The notes beneath the pieces are model-generated. The model ran no database searches. It saw only the letters and a list, made by a program, of their open reading frames with translations, and was not told the origin of the DNA. Positions 17,311 to 25,697 of a stretch of 32,000 bases of DNA are shown here, piece after piece. Location of the stretch: NCBI GenBank assembly GCA_963706425.1, contig CAVPMN010000020.1, positions 361,130-393,129 on the forward strand, given 5' to 3'. A program made the translations under genes and the position numbers. The stretch comes from an uncultured Iamiaceae bacterium. GTDB lineage: Bacteria; Actinomycetota; Acidimicrobiia; Acidimicrobiales; Acidimicrobilacustridaceae. How positions within the stretch are numbered: position 1 is the first letter of the stretch; every line of letters begins with the position of its first letter.

Positions 17311-18459
17311 CGGTTGCCGCCTGTGAGCGCAACCGCGGTTCCGCCGGGGTCGGCCCGGACGGCATGGGCCTCTGCCACGATGTCGATGCCGACCGGACAC
17401 CACGTGATACAGCGCCCGCAGCCGACACATCCGGACTCGTCGAACTGGTCGAACCAGGTGTCGAGTTTGTGGGTGAGCCACTGCCGGTAGCGCGACTCGG
17501 TCGAGACGCGCACACTGCCCCCGTGCATCTCGGTGAACAGCAACGTGAAACACGAATCCCATACCTTCCAACGCTCGGCAACGTTTCCGGCGGGATCAGT
17601 GGCGTCCTCCACGTTCGAGCAGAAGCACGTGGGACACACGCTGGTGCAGTTCCCGCACACCAGGCACCGCTGGGCCACCGATGACCACGCCGGGCTGGAG
17701 GATGCAGCGCGCAGTGCACCGGGCAGGCCCGTCGGGTCGAGCGCCCGGACCTGAGCACCTGCGACCCTCGCGACGGCCTCACGCCCTGCCGCGCGGTCAT
17801 CGTCGGTCGCCACCGTCGCATCGAGCCCACGCAGCAGCACTTCGCCGCGCGACGTGGCTGCCTCGGCGAGTAGTCGGTCGCCATCGCCGGTCAACTCGGT
17901 GAGGACGATGTCGAAACCGGATTCCGGCGCCGGGCCCGTGCCGACGGAGGCGCAGAAGCACGACTCGGTCGCCGAGGTGCAGGCAGCGGCGACGACCAAC
18001 GGCTCCGCCTCCACCTGTCCGTCGAGCCTCGCGGGCGTCGGCTGCGTCGAGCACCCGTCGGAGCACAGCCCGACCGGCGAGGTCGCAGGCGCGGGCGCCG
18101 ATGATCGCGGTCGCCGGCTGCTCGGGTGGGCGGGCGGGGGCGATCGACCATCCGTCCGCGGTGCGGCGGGCCGACGCGACCAGCTCCCGCGGCGGCTCGA
18201 TCCAGCGCTTGAGGCTCTGCGCCGGCGGGCCCGCACCGAACCACCCGGCCGATTCGTCGTCGACCAGTCGGTATCGACCCGGACCTTGCGTCGACCCCTG
18301 GCCGCGGGGCAGGTCGGCGATGCTCTCGATCTCCTCATAGGAGATCGCGCCGTCGAGGATCGTCGGCCCGATCAGACGATCGTGGTCGGAGGCGAGGGTC
18401 GAAACGAGCCCCGAGAAGGTGCCCTCGTCGAGCACCCAGGCGACCACCCCTTCGTCCAT
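17307..18459 (-). pseudogene. hyhB: Hydrogenase beta subunit (AsrA/HydB-like 4Fe-4S protein) split over two frames; needs a +1 correction near 18004-18060
   Basis: N-terminal part from ATG 18459 (MDEGVVAWVLDEG...YRLVDDES...SLKRWIEPP...IIGARACDLAGRAVL) lies in the frame of ORF 17797..18822. The C-terminal part (PLVVAAACTSATESCFCASVGTGP ... CLVCGNCTSVCPTCFC ... [12 protein letters not shown]) lies in the frame of ORF 17307..18338. Confidence 0.75.
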
Positions 18460-18557
18460 GGTTCCACTCTGGGCGAGCGAGCGGACCTCGCGGGAGGGGC
18501 GAAGGTCCCGCGACCGGCCCCTTCCTCTCCGCCGCCGGCGGCGTCGACGCCGAGGTC

Positions 18558-20171
18558 TCACCCGGTGGTGCCGGCCAACTCCCGGCGCGCCACCTGGCGG
18601 GCCGAGGCGCCGAGGACCGCACTGGCGCAGGCCACGCCCCCGTTGAGGACACCGGCGATGCCGTGGCCGGACATGGTGCTGGCCCCCACCACGAACAGCC
18701 CGGGTAGTGGGGTGGCCGATGCCGGGCGTTTCAGGGCGAACTGATCGGGTGTGCAGGCGATGCCGTAGGAGGTGCCGCCCGACGACCGGACGAACCGCTC
18801 GTGGGTGACCGGTGTGGCGCACTCCTCGTGCACGATGTGGTTGCGCAGGCCGGGGATGGCGCGCTCGGCCTGCTCGAGGAGGCGATCACGGACCTCGGTC
18901 TTGCGGGCCCGGTAGGCGGCGTTGTTGCGGTATCGCTCCCCGGCAACCGGGCCGCCCACGCGCAGGCCCCACCATTCGTGGTCGCGTGGAACGAGCGTCA
19001 TGATCTGCACGTTGGTCTGACCCGGCCGACACAGCCTGGGGTTCGTCGGGTCCTTCAAGCTGGCCGAGGTGATGTAGGTCATCGGCCGCTCGACCAGTCG
19101 TCCTGCCTCGAGCGCCTCGTACTCGTCCTCGACATCGTCGCCGAGCACCCACAGGTTGGTGTTCGGCACGCCTGCGTCGTGCAGGTCGTAATCGAGGATG
19201 AGGTAGACGACGAACAGAGGAAGCGACATCTCGTATCCCGCTACCTGGGCGATGTACTCCGCGGGCAGGTGCTCGACGCCGACCATGTCGAGCACGGTGT
19301 GCTTGAGGTCGGCGTTCGACACAACCACGGGCGCGTGGATGACCTCGGGTACGCCTTGGGCCTTGCGGGCCGAGGGCACGTGCAGCCGCACGCCACTCAC
19401 GTGGTCGTCGTCGACCAGGATCTGCTCGACCGGGGTCTGCAGCACGATGGTGCCCCCGTGGGACCGGATGACGTCGGCCAGCCGGTCGGCCATCACCTGA
19501 CCGCCGCCTTGGGGGTAGAACGCGCCCTTGAGATAGTGCATGGTGAGCGCCGCGTGCAGCAACAGCGACGCGCGCGACGGGGGCAAGGCGTAGGTGCCGT
19601 GCTGACCGCTGAGCACGGTCCGCAGCCGGGTCGACAACCCGAGCTCGTCGAACAGATCTCCCACTGTCGTCTCGAGGTGGGACACCACCGCCTCGCCCGG
19701 CCCGGAGCCCGTGAGCTCGCGGTCGATGGCGACCACGGTGTCGAGATAGGCCTCGATTCCCGCGGCCTCGTCGGGGAAGGTCTCGATGAGTCGCTGGCGG
19801 AAGGCGTCGACGCCCTTCGGGACCCGAAAGCTCGTCACGTCGGGGAATGGGCCGTCGGGGAACAGAAAGGTGTCGAAGCCGTCGGGGTCCATCTCGCGGT
19901 AGGTCAGGTCGATGCCCAGTGGCTCGAGCACCGAGGGAATGGCGCCGCCCGGTCCGCAGTCACCGATGTAGTGCACCCCGACGTCGAACTCGTAGCCCTC
20001 GTGGGTGAACACCGTGCCGTTGCCACCCGCCACCGCGTGACGGTCGACGACGACGACCCGTCGTCCCGCCACCGCCAGATAGGCGGCTGTGGTCAGACCA
20101 CCGAGGCCCGCGCCGACCACCACGACGTCTGCGTGTCCGAGCTCTCGCTGCGAGCCTGCGTCTTCACCCAT
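18558..20171 (-). CDS. NAD(P)/FAD-dependent oxidoreductase, phytoene-desaturase (CrtI/COG1233) family
   Basis: 537 aa from ATG 20171 (SD GGAGGA 6 nt upstream). Dinucleotide fold DVVVVGAGLGGLTTAAYLAVAGRRVVVVDRH. The printed 671-aa ORF is an upstream extension. Confidence 0.8.
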   Translation of the reverse strand: MGEDAGSQRELGHADVVVVGAGLGGLTTAAYLAVAGRRVVVVDRHAVAGGNGTVFTHEGYEFDVGVHYIGDCGPGGAIPSVLEPLGIDLTYREMDPDGFDTFLFPDGPFPDVTSFRVPKGVDAFRQRLIETFPDEAAGIEAYLDTVVAIDRELTGSGPGEAVVSHLETTVGDLFDELGLSTRLRTVLSGQHGTYALPPSRASLLLHAALTMHYLKGAFYPQGGGQVMADRLADVIRSHGGTIVLQTPVEQILVDDDHVSGVRLHVPSARKAQGVPEVIHAPVVVSNADLKHTVLDMVGVEHLPAEYIAQVAGYEMSLPLFVVYLILDYDLHDAGVPNTNLWVLGDDVEDEYEALEAGRLVERPMTYITSASLKDPTNPRLCRPGQTNVQIMTLVPRDHEWWGLRVGGPVAGERYRNNAAYRARKTEVRDRLLEQAERAIPGLRNHIVHEECATPVTHERFVRSSGGTSYGIACTPDQFALKRPASATPLPGLFVVGASTMSGHGIAGVLNGGVACASAVLGASARQVARRELAGTTG

Positions 20172-20262
20172 CGTCGGTCCTCCGCGCTCGATCGGTGCCG
20201 AGTCTCGCACCTCGACACGATCGGTTCCCGTTCGATGACGAACAGGCCCTAGCGTCGGCACC

Positions 20263-21936
20263 GTGACCGATCTCGCCATCGATCGCCGCGTCGTCAAGAT
20301 CGGCGACACCGAGATCGCGGTGCACGTCGAGGGATGCGGCGGGCCGCCGATCGTGCTCCTGCACGGCTTCGGCGCAGCCATCGAGACCTGGATGATGGTG
20401 CTCGCCCCGCTGGCCGAGCACCACCGGGTGGTCGCGTTCGACCGGCCGGGCTTCGGCGCCAGCCCGCTACCTCCGGCCGGCCCTCGTCGCGATCGGGTGC
20501 TCCGCGGCGACGGAGAGGTCGAGATGGTGCTCGAGCTGCTCGATGTTCTGGGCGATGAGCGAGCGGTGCTCATGGGTCACTCGGCCGGCGGGGCGATCGC
20601 CGCGGCCGTGGCCATCGACGCACCCGAGCGGGTGGCCGGCCTGGTGCTCGTCGACGCGGCGATCGGGCCGGGCTTGGCGGCACCGGCATCGGCCCGTCAC
20701 CTGGCCGCCAACCCGATCGTGGCTCGCGTCGGCGCGGCGATCACCCGCGTGGTCGCGCCCCGCGTGATCGGCCCCGCCATGATCGCCATCCACCGTCCTG
20801 GCAACACCGTGCGGCCCGAGTTGGTCGAGTCGTACCGACGCGACCTGGCTGGGCCGACCTGGGCCGAGACGGTGTTCGCCCTGGCGACCCACGAGCCACT
20901 CGATCCGTCAGGACAACTCGACCAGATCTGTTGCCCGACCCTCGTGATGACCGGTTCGGCCGATCACGTCGTGTCGCCACGCCACGCGATCGCCCTGGCT
21001 GACCAGATTCCGGAAGCAAGGCTCGTCGTGTTCCCCGGCGCTGGGCACAGTCCTCACGAGGAGCGACCGGCCGAGTTCGTCGCCGCCGTCCAACCGCTGC
21101 TGAGCGTGGTCCGTGCTCACGCCGCGGCGGACGCTCGGGCGACGCCCTGCGACACGGCGACCACCGAGCATGCACCGCGGCAGGAGCACGCGATGCAGCC
21201 GGCCTTCGCCGATGCTGATGCGCTGCGCGCCACACAGACCTGGCTCGGTGGGCTGCAACAAGCCCCGTGGCATCCGCCGTCGGGTCGACTGCGCGTCGCA
21301 GGGTGCGTCGTGGCGTTCGCCCGTGGGGAGCAAGGGCCCGGTCGGGCCGGTGATCACGCGTGGGTGGGCGCCGCGGTGCTCGACGAGGACGGAGATGTGC
21401 TGGCCGGGGCGGTCAAGACCGGGGTGACCGCGGCCCCCTATGTTCCCGGACTGCTAGGTCTGCGCGAGGGCCAGCTGCTTCTCGACGGCATCGTCGCCGT
21501 CCTCGCGTCGGCTCCCCACCTCGTGCCCGACGTCGTGATGGTCGACGCCACCGGTCGTGACCACCCGCGACGCGGTGGGCTGGCCCTGCACCTGGGCCAG
21601 CTTTGGGACCTGCCGACCGTCGGGGTCACCCACCGACTGCTCTGTGCGCGCCACCTCGAGCCACCTGCGCTCACCGAGAGGGGCGAAACGGCGCCCATCG
21701 TGATCGACGGGCAGCTGATTGCGGCCTGGTGCTGCACGCGATCGGGCGCCCGTCCCGTCGTGGCCCATGCCGCGTGGCGAACCGACGTCGCTGATGCCGT
21801 CGAGGTCGTGCTCCGCATGTCCCACGGGTCTCGTACCCCAGAGCCGCTACGGGTGGCGCGTCGGCTGGCGCGCCAGGCCCGCTCCGAGGGCGCTAGTCAC
21901 GCCGGGGAACAGGTGGCGACGCCGCCGACGCGCTAG
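20263..21936 (+). CDS. nfi: In-frame fusion ORF: alpha/beta hydrolase (aa 1 to ~285) + endonuclease V-like domain (from aa 311)
   Basis: Hydrolase: LLHGFG, GHSAG nucleophile elbow, GAGHSPHEE. EndoV: PYVPGLLGLREG, VMVDATGRDHPRRGGLALHLG, PTVGVTHRLL, TPEPLRVARRLAR. No stop codon between the two halves. An internal ATG at 21193 is preceded by AGGAG (21182-21186). Confidence 0.8.
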   Translation: MTDLAIDRRVVKIGDTEIAVHVEGCGGPPIVLLHGFGAAIETWMMVLAPLAEHHRVVAFDRPGFGASPLPPAGPRRDRVLRGDGEVEMVLELLDVLGDERAVLMGHSAGGAIAAAVAIDAPERVAGLVLVDAAIGPGLAAPASARHLAANPIVARVGAAITRVVAPRVIGPAMIAIHRPGNTVRPELVESYRRDLAGPTWAETVFALATHEPLDPSGQLDQICCPTLVMTGSADHVVSPRHAIALADQIPEARLVVFPGAGHSPHEERPAEFVAAVQPLLSVVRAHAAADARATPCDTATTEHAPRQEHAMQPAFADADALRATQTWLGGLQQAPWHPPSGRLRVAGCVVAFARGEQGPGRAGDHAWVGAAVLDEDGDVLAGAVKTGVTAAPYVPGLLGLREGQLLLDGIVAVLASAPHLVPDVVMVDATGRDHPRRGGLALHLGQLWDLPTVGVTHRLLCARHLEPPALTERGETAPIVIDGQLIAAWCCTRSGARPVVAHAAWRTDVADAVEVVLRMSHGSRTPEPLRVARRLARQARSEGASHAGEQVATPPTR

Positions 21937-21945
21937 AAGGGTGCC

Positions 21946-23277
21946 GTGCGCCGGATCGTGATCATGGGTGCCGGGGGTCGTGACTTCCACAACTTCAACA
22001 CCGTGTTTCGCGACGACGAGGGCGTCGAGGTCGTGGCCTTCACTGCGACCCAGATTCCCGGCATCGACCAGCGCACCTACCCGGCGGTGCTGGCGGGGGA
22101 ACGATATGCCGACGGCATCCCGATCCGACCCGAGGCCGACCTTGCCGATCTCGTCGCCACGCATGCCGTCGACGAGGTCGTGCTCGCGTACTCTGACCTG
22201 TCCGACGCCCAGGTCATGCATCGGGCGTCGGTCGTCCTGGCCGCCGGCGCCGACTTTTCGCTGCTCGGCCCGAACGCCACCATGCTGCGCTCGACCCGAC
22301 CGGTCGTGGCGGTCTGCGCCGTCAGGACCGGTTCCGGGAAGAGCCAGACCAGCCGACGCGTCTGTCGACTGCTGCGCGACGCCGGGTGGCACCCGGTGCT
22401 CGTGCGTCACCCGATGCCCTACGGAGACCTGACGACGATGGCCGTGCAGCGCTTCGCCTCCCAGGCCGACATCGACGCCGCCGCCCCGACCATCGAGGAG
22501 CGTGAGGAGTACGAGACGCCCGTGCGCGACGGCCTGGTGGTGTACGCGGGTGTCGACTACGCGGCCATCCTGGCCGACGTCGAGGCCGAAGCCGACGTCA
22601 TCGTGTGGGACGGGGGCAACAACGACACCTCGTTCTTCCGACCTGACCTCACGATCACCGTGGTCGATCCGCTCCGGGCGGGCGACGAGACCGGGTACTA
22701 CCCCGGCGAGGTGAACCTGCTCCTGGCCGACGTCGTGGTGGTGAACAAGGTCGACTCGGCGCCGCCCGACGTGGTTGATCGGGTGGTCGAGTCGGTTCAT
22801 CGGACGAATCCGACGGCGATGATCGTGCGCGCCGCCTCACCGGTCACGCTGGCGGGCGACACCTCGTTGGCGGGTCGGCGCGTGCTCGTGGTCGAGGACG
22901 GACCGACCATCACCCATGGCGGCATGCCCTTCGGCGCCGGCACCGTCGCCGCCCGGCAGGCGGGAGCGACCGCACTCGTCGACCCGCGCCCCTTCGCCGT
23001 CGGGTCGGTGGCCGACGCCTTCCGGCTCTACCCGCACATCGGGCCGGTCCTGCCGGCGATGGGCTACAGCCAAGCTCAGGTACGAGATCTCGAGGCCACC
23101 ATCGACGCCACGGACTGCGACCTCGTCGTCAACGGAAGCCCGGTGCGCCTCGATCGACTGGTGCAGGTCCGAGCCCCGATACGTCAGGCCACCTACGAGT
23201 TGCGCGAGATCGGTCGTCCCGACCTCGCCGACGTGCTGGCTCCGTTCCTCGAACGGTGGCCATCGGGGTCCAGGTGA
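21946..23277 (+). CDS. COG2403-family protein, homolog of cyclic 2,3-diphosphoglycerate synthetase (P-loop GTPase-like)
   Basis: 443 aa. IMGAGGRDFHNFN, FTATQIPGI, AVRTGSGKSQTS (P-loop), RHPMPYGDL, TIEEREEYE, WDGGNND. This motif series is one I associate with the cDPG synthetase family. Confidence 0.7.
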   Translation: MRRIVIMGAGGRDFHNFNTVFRDDEGVEVVAFTATQIPGIDQRTYPAVLAGERYADGIPIRPEADLADLVATHAVDEVVLAYSDLSDAQVMHRASVVLAAGADFSLLGPNATMLRSTRPVVAVCAVRTGSGKSQTSRRVCRLLRDAGWHPVLVRHPMPYGDLTTMAVQRFASQADIDAAAPTIEEREEYETPVRDGLVVYAGVDYAAILADVEAEADVIVWDGGNNDTSFFRPDLTITVVDPLRAGDETGYYPGEVNLLLADVVVVNKVDSAPPDVVDRVVESVHRTNPTAMIVRAASPVTLAGDTSLAGRRVLVVEDGPTITHGGMPFGAGTVAARQAGATALVDPRPFAVGSVADAFRLYPHIGPVLPAMGYSQAQVRDLEATIDATDCDLVVNGSPVRLDRLVQVRAPIRQATYELREIGRPDLADVLAPFLERWPSGSR

Positions 23278-23371
23278 GCGTTGCGGTGGGCGAGCACGAG
23301 CACCGGCACCTCGATCGCCGCCTGTTGCGGTCGAAGGTCGTCTTGGGTGGCGCCTGATGAGAGGATCGGGC

Positions 23372-24148
23372 ATGTCCTTCGCCACCATCGAGGTCGACGT
23401 CGCCGGTCCGCGCGGCACCCTGCTGCTGAACCGGCCTGACAAGCTGAACCCGCTCAGCACGGAGACGTTGCACGAGTTGGCCGACGCGGCCCGATGGTTC
23501 GACGAGCAGACCGAGGTGAAGGTCGTCGTGGTGGGTGGCAAGGGCCGGGCGTTCAGCTCAGGCGCCGACGTGTCGGTCTTCACCGGCGAGGATCCCGGCG
23601 TAGCCGCGCAACGGGCGGCGGCCGACGCCGGCCGGCGCATGGCCGAAGCGATCGAGGAGATGAGGGCGGTCACCGTCGCCTCGATCCGCGGCCACTGTGT
23701 CGGCGGCGGTCTGGTGCTGGCCGCTGCGTGCGACCTGCGGGTGGTGGCCAGCACCACCCGCTTCGCGATCCCTGAGGTCGATCTGGGCATCCCCTTGGCC
23801 TGGGGCGGCATCCCGCGCCTCGTGCGCGAGATCGGTCCGGCGATGACCAAAGAGCTCGTCATGACCTGTCGGCCGTTCGGGGCCGAGGAGGCTCGTGGCC
23901 TGGGGTTCGTGAACCGGGTGGTCGACGACGGGAGTCTCGATGAGGAGGTCGACCAACTGGTGGCCGCGCTGGTCGAGAAATCGGCGCTCACCTTGGCCGC
24001 CACGAAAGAGGGGGTCAACGCGGTCACGCGTGGTATGGCCCCAACGGCCGGCTCCTGGGCGGACGCCGACTCGTTGCTGACCGCCCTCCGTGATCCCGAG
24101 TCGCGAGGGGCCGCCCAGCACTACCTCGAGCGGATGGAGCGGAGCTGA
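23372..24148 (+). CDS. Enoyl-CoA hydratase/isomerase (crotonase) family protein
   Basis: 258 aa from ATG 23372 (GAGAGGA upstream). LLLNRPDKLNPLS, GKGRAFSSGADV, GHCVGGGLVLAAACDLRV. Confidence 0.85.
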   Translation: MSFATIEVDVAGPRGTLLLNRPDKLNPLSTETLHELADAARWFDEQTEVKVVVVGGKGRAFSSGADVSVFTGEDPGVAAQRAAADAGRRMAEAIEEMRAVTVASIRGHCVGGGLVLAAACDLRVVASTTRFAIPEVDLGIPLAWGGIPRLVREIGPAMTKELVMTCRPFGAEEARGLGFVNRVVDDGSLDEEVDQLVAALVEKSALTLAATKEGVNAVTRGMAPTAGSWADADSLLTALRDPESRGAAQHYLERMERS

Positions 24149-24276
24149 ATCGCCTCGATCGGGCAACGGCCCCAGCCGGCGCAAATCGGGGTGTCGTCCC
24201 GACGTCGTGACCTTCGCCCGTGTCGGTCGTGGTCCCGCCGTGATGGAATCGGAGCAAGGCGACGGGGGGAGGAGCA

Positions 24277-25692
24277 ATGCCCTATCAGCGACTATCAGCG
24301 GAAGACACCGTCTTCCTGCGTATAGAAGGCCCGCGTCAGCCTCAGCACGTCGGGTCGCTGTCGCTGTACGAGGCAGGTCCGTGGCGCGACGCCAGCGGCC
24401 GGATCCGCATCGACGAGCTGCGGGCCCACGTCGGCTCGCGACTCGACCAGGTGCCCCGCATGCGCCAAAGACTCATGTTCGTGCCCTTCGGCCAGGGTCG
24501 CCCGATCTGGGTGGACGATGCCCACTTCGATCTCAGCTACCACATCCGGCTCACGGCACTGCCCCGCCCCGGTGACGAGGATCAACTGCTCGAGCTGATG
24601 GGTCGGGTCCAATCGCAGGCGCTCGATCGGGCCCGGCCCCTCTGGGAGATATGGGTCGTCGACGGACTGCGGGACGACCGGGCCGCGCTGATCATCAAGA
24701 CCCACCACGCCCTCGGCGACGGGCTGGCGAACGTCGATCTGGGAATGGCCCTCGTCGACCTCAGCCCGGACATCCTCGAGCCCGCTCCTACCGACGGCTG
24801 GCAGCCCGGCCCTTCACCCTCGGCGACCCGTCTGCTCGTCGAGAGCATCGGCGAACAGGCCGTACGTCCCCTCGAGTTGCTCCGCAGCGGGATCGGTGCG
24901 GTGAAGGCGCCGGCTGCTGCGATGGATGCGGTGTTGAACGTCGGTCGCACGCTCTGGACGATGGCTGCGCAGCCTCGCCCCGCGCCCTGGAACGTCGCGA
25001 TCACCCAACACCGTCGATGGCGGTTGGCGCGCGTGCCGCTCGACGAGGCCCGCCGCACGAGCAGGCTGGCCGGATGCACGCTGAACGACGTGGTGGTAGC
25101 GGGGTGCACCAACGCGCTGCGCCGGTTCCTGTCCGAGCATGGTGAGGGGGTCGACGGTCGCACCCTCAAGGCGATGGTGCCCGTATCGACCCGGCGCGCC
25201 GACGAGCACGGCGAAACACTCGGGAATCGCGTGTCGATGTTCGTGGTGGACCTACCCGTCTATGAAGGCGATCCGGTTCGTCAGCTGCGCAACGTGCACG
25301 AGCAGACCAGCGCGCTCAAGAACTCGGGTCTGATCGACGGCGCCGAGGCCATCATCAAGATTGCGGACGGCCTCACACCGGTTGCGGCTCCACTCACCAG
25401 GCTGGTCAGCCAACGCATCCCGATGAACCTGGTGATCACCAACATCCCGGGTCCCCCGATCCCGCTCTGGCTGTGCGGAGCGCCGCTGCTCGAGGTCTTC
25501 CCCTATGTCGAGGTGGTCGACAACGAAGGCCTCACGATCGCCGTCTTGTCCTATGGCGGCCAGCTCCAATTCGGTGTGACCTCCGATCGTGACGTCATCC
25601 CCGACCTCGGACTGCTCGGCGAATTGCTCGAGAAATCGTTCGCCGAGCTGGCCGACGCGGTTGCAGCCGCGCCGACCAACGCTCCGGGCTGA
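24277..25692 (+). CDS. WS/DGAT family acyltransferase, paralog 3
   Basis: 471 aa. HHALGDGLAN active-site motif. C-terminal NIPGPPIPLW motif shared with paralogs 1 and 2. Strong SD GGGGGGAGGAG before ATG 24277. Confidence 0.85.
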   Translation: MPYQRLSAEDTVFLRIEGPRQPQHVGSLSLYEAGPWRDASGRIRIDELRAHVGSRLDQVPRMRQRLMFVPFGQGRPIWVDDAHFDLSYHIRLTALPRPGDEDQLLELMGRVQSQALDRARPLWEIWVVDGLRDDRAALIIKTHHALGDGLANVDLGMALVDLSPDILEPAPTDGWQPGPSPSATRLLVESIGEQAVRPLELLRSGIGAVKAPAAAMDAVLNVGRTLWTMAAQPRPAPWNVAITQHRRWRLARVPLDEARRTSRLAGCTLNDVVVAGCTNALRRFLSEHGEGVDGRTLKAMVPVSTRRADEHGETLGNRVSMFVVDLPVYEGDPVRQLRNVHEQTSALKNSGLIDGAEAIIKIADGLTPVAAPLTRLVSQRIPMNLVITNIPGPPIPLWLCGAPLLEVFPYVEVVDNEGLTIAVLSYGGQLQFGVTSDRDVIPDLGLLGELLEKSFAELADAVAAAPTNAPG

Positions 25693-25697
25693 TCGTC

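Noticed and set aside
18481-18511. GGGACC...GGTCC inverted repeat considered as a DosR-box-like site upstream of the hydrogenase
   Set aside because: The half-site spacing (about 16 nt) does not match the compact 20-bp DosR palindrome. No similar element was seen upstream of the WS/DGAT genes.
18522-18552. Run of nine consecutive Arg codons in ORF 17797..18822 upstream of the hyhB ATG
   Set aside because: It is the translation of the GC-rich palindromic spacer (CGCCGCCGGCGGCG, GCGTCGACGC), not coding sequence. The family-typical hyhB N-terminus begins at ATG 18459.
20189-20228. Direct repeat CGATCGGTkCC (20189-20199 and 20218-20228) in the divergent promoter region between the CrtI-like gene and the hydrolase-EndoV gene
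   Set aside because: CGATCG-containing words are common in GC-rich genomes. Two 11-mers with one mismatch are not enough to call an operator.
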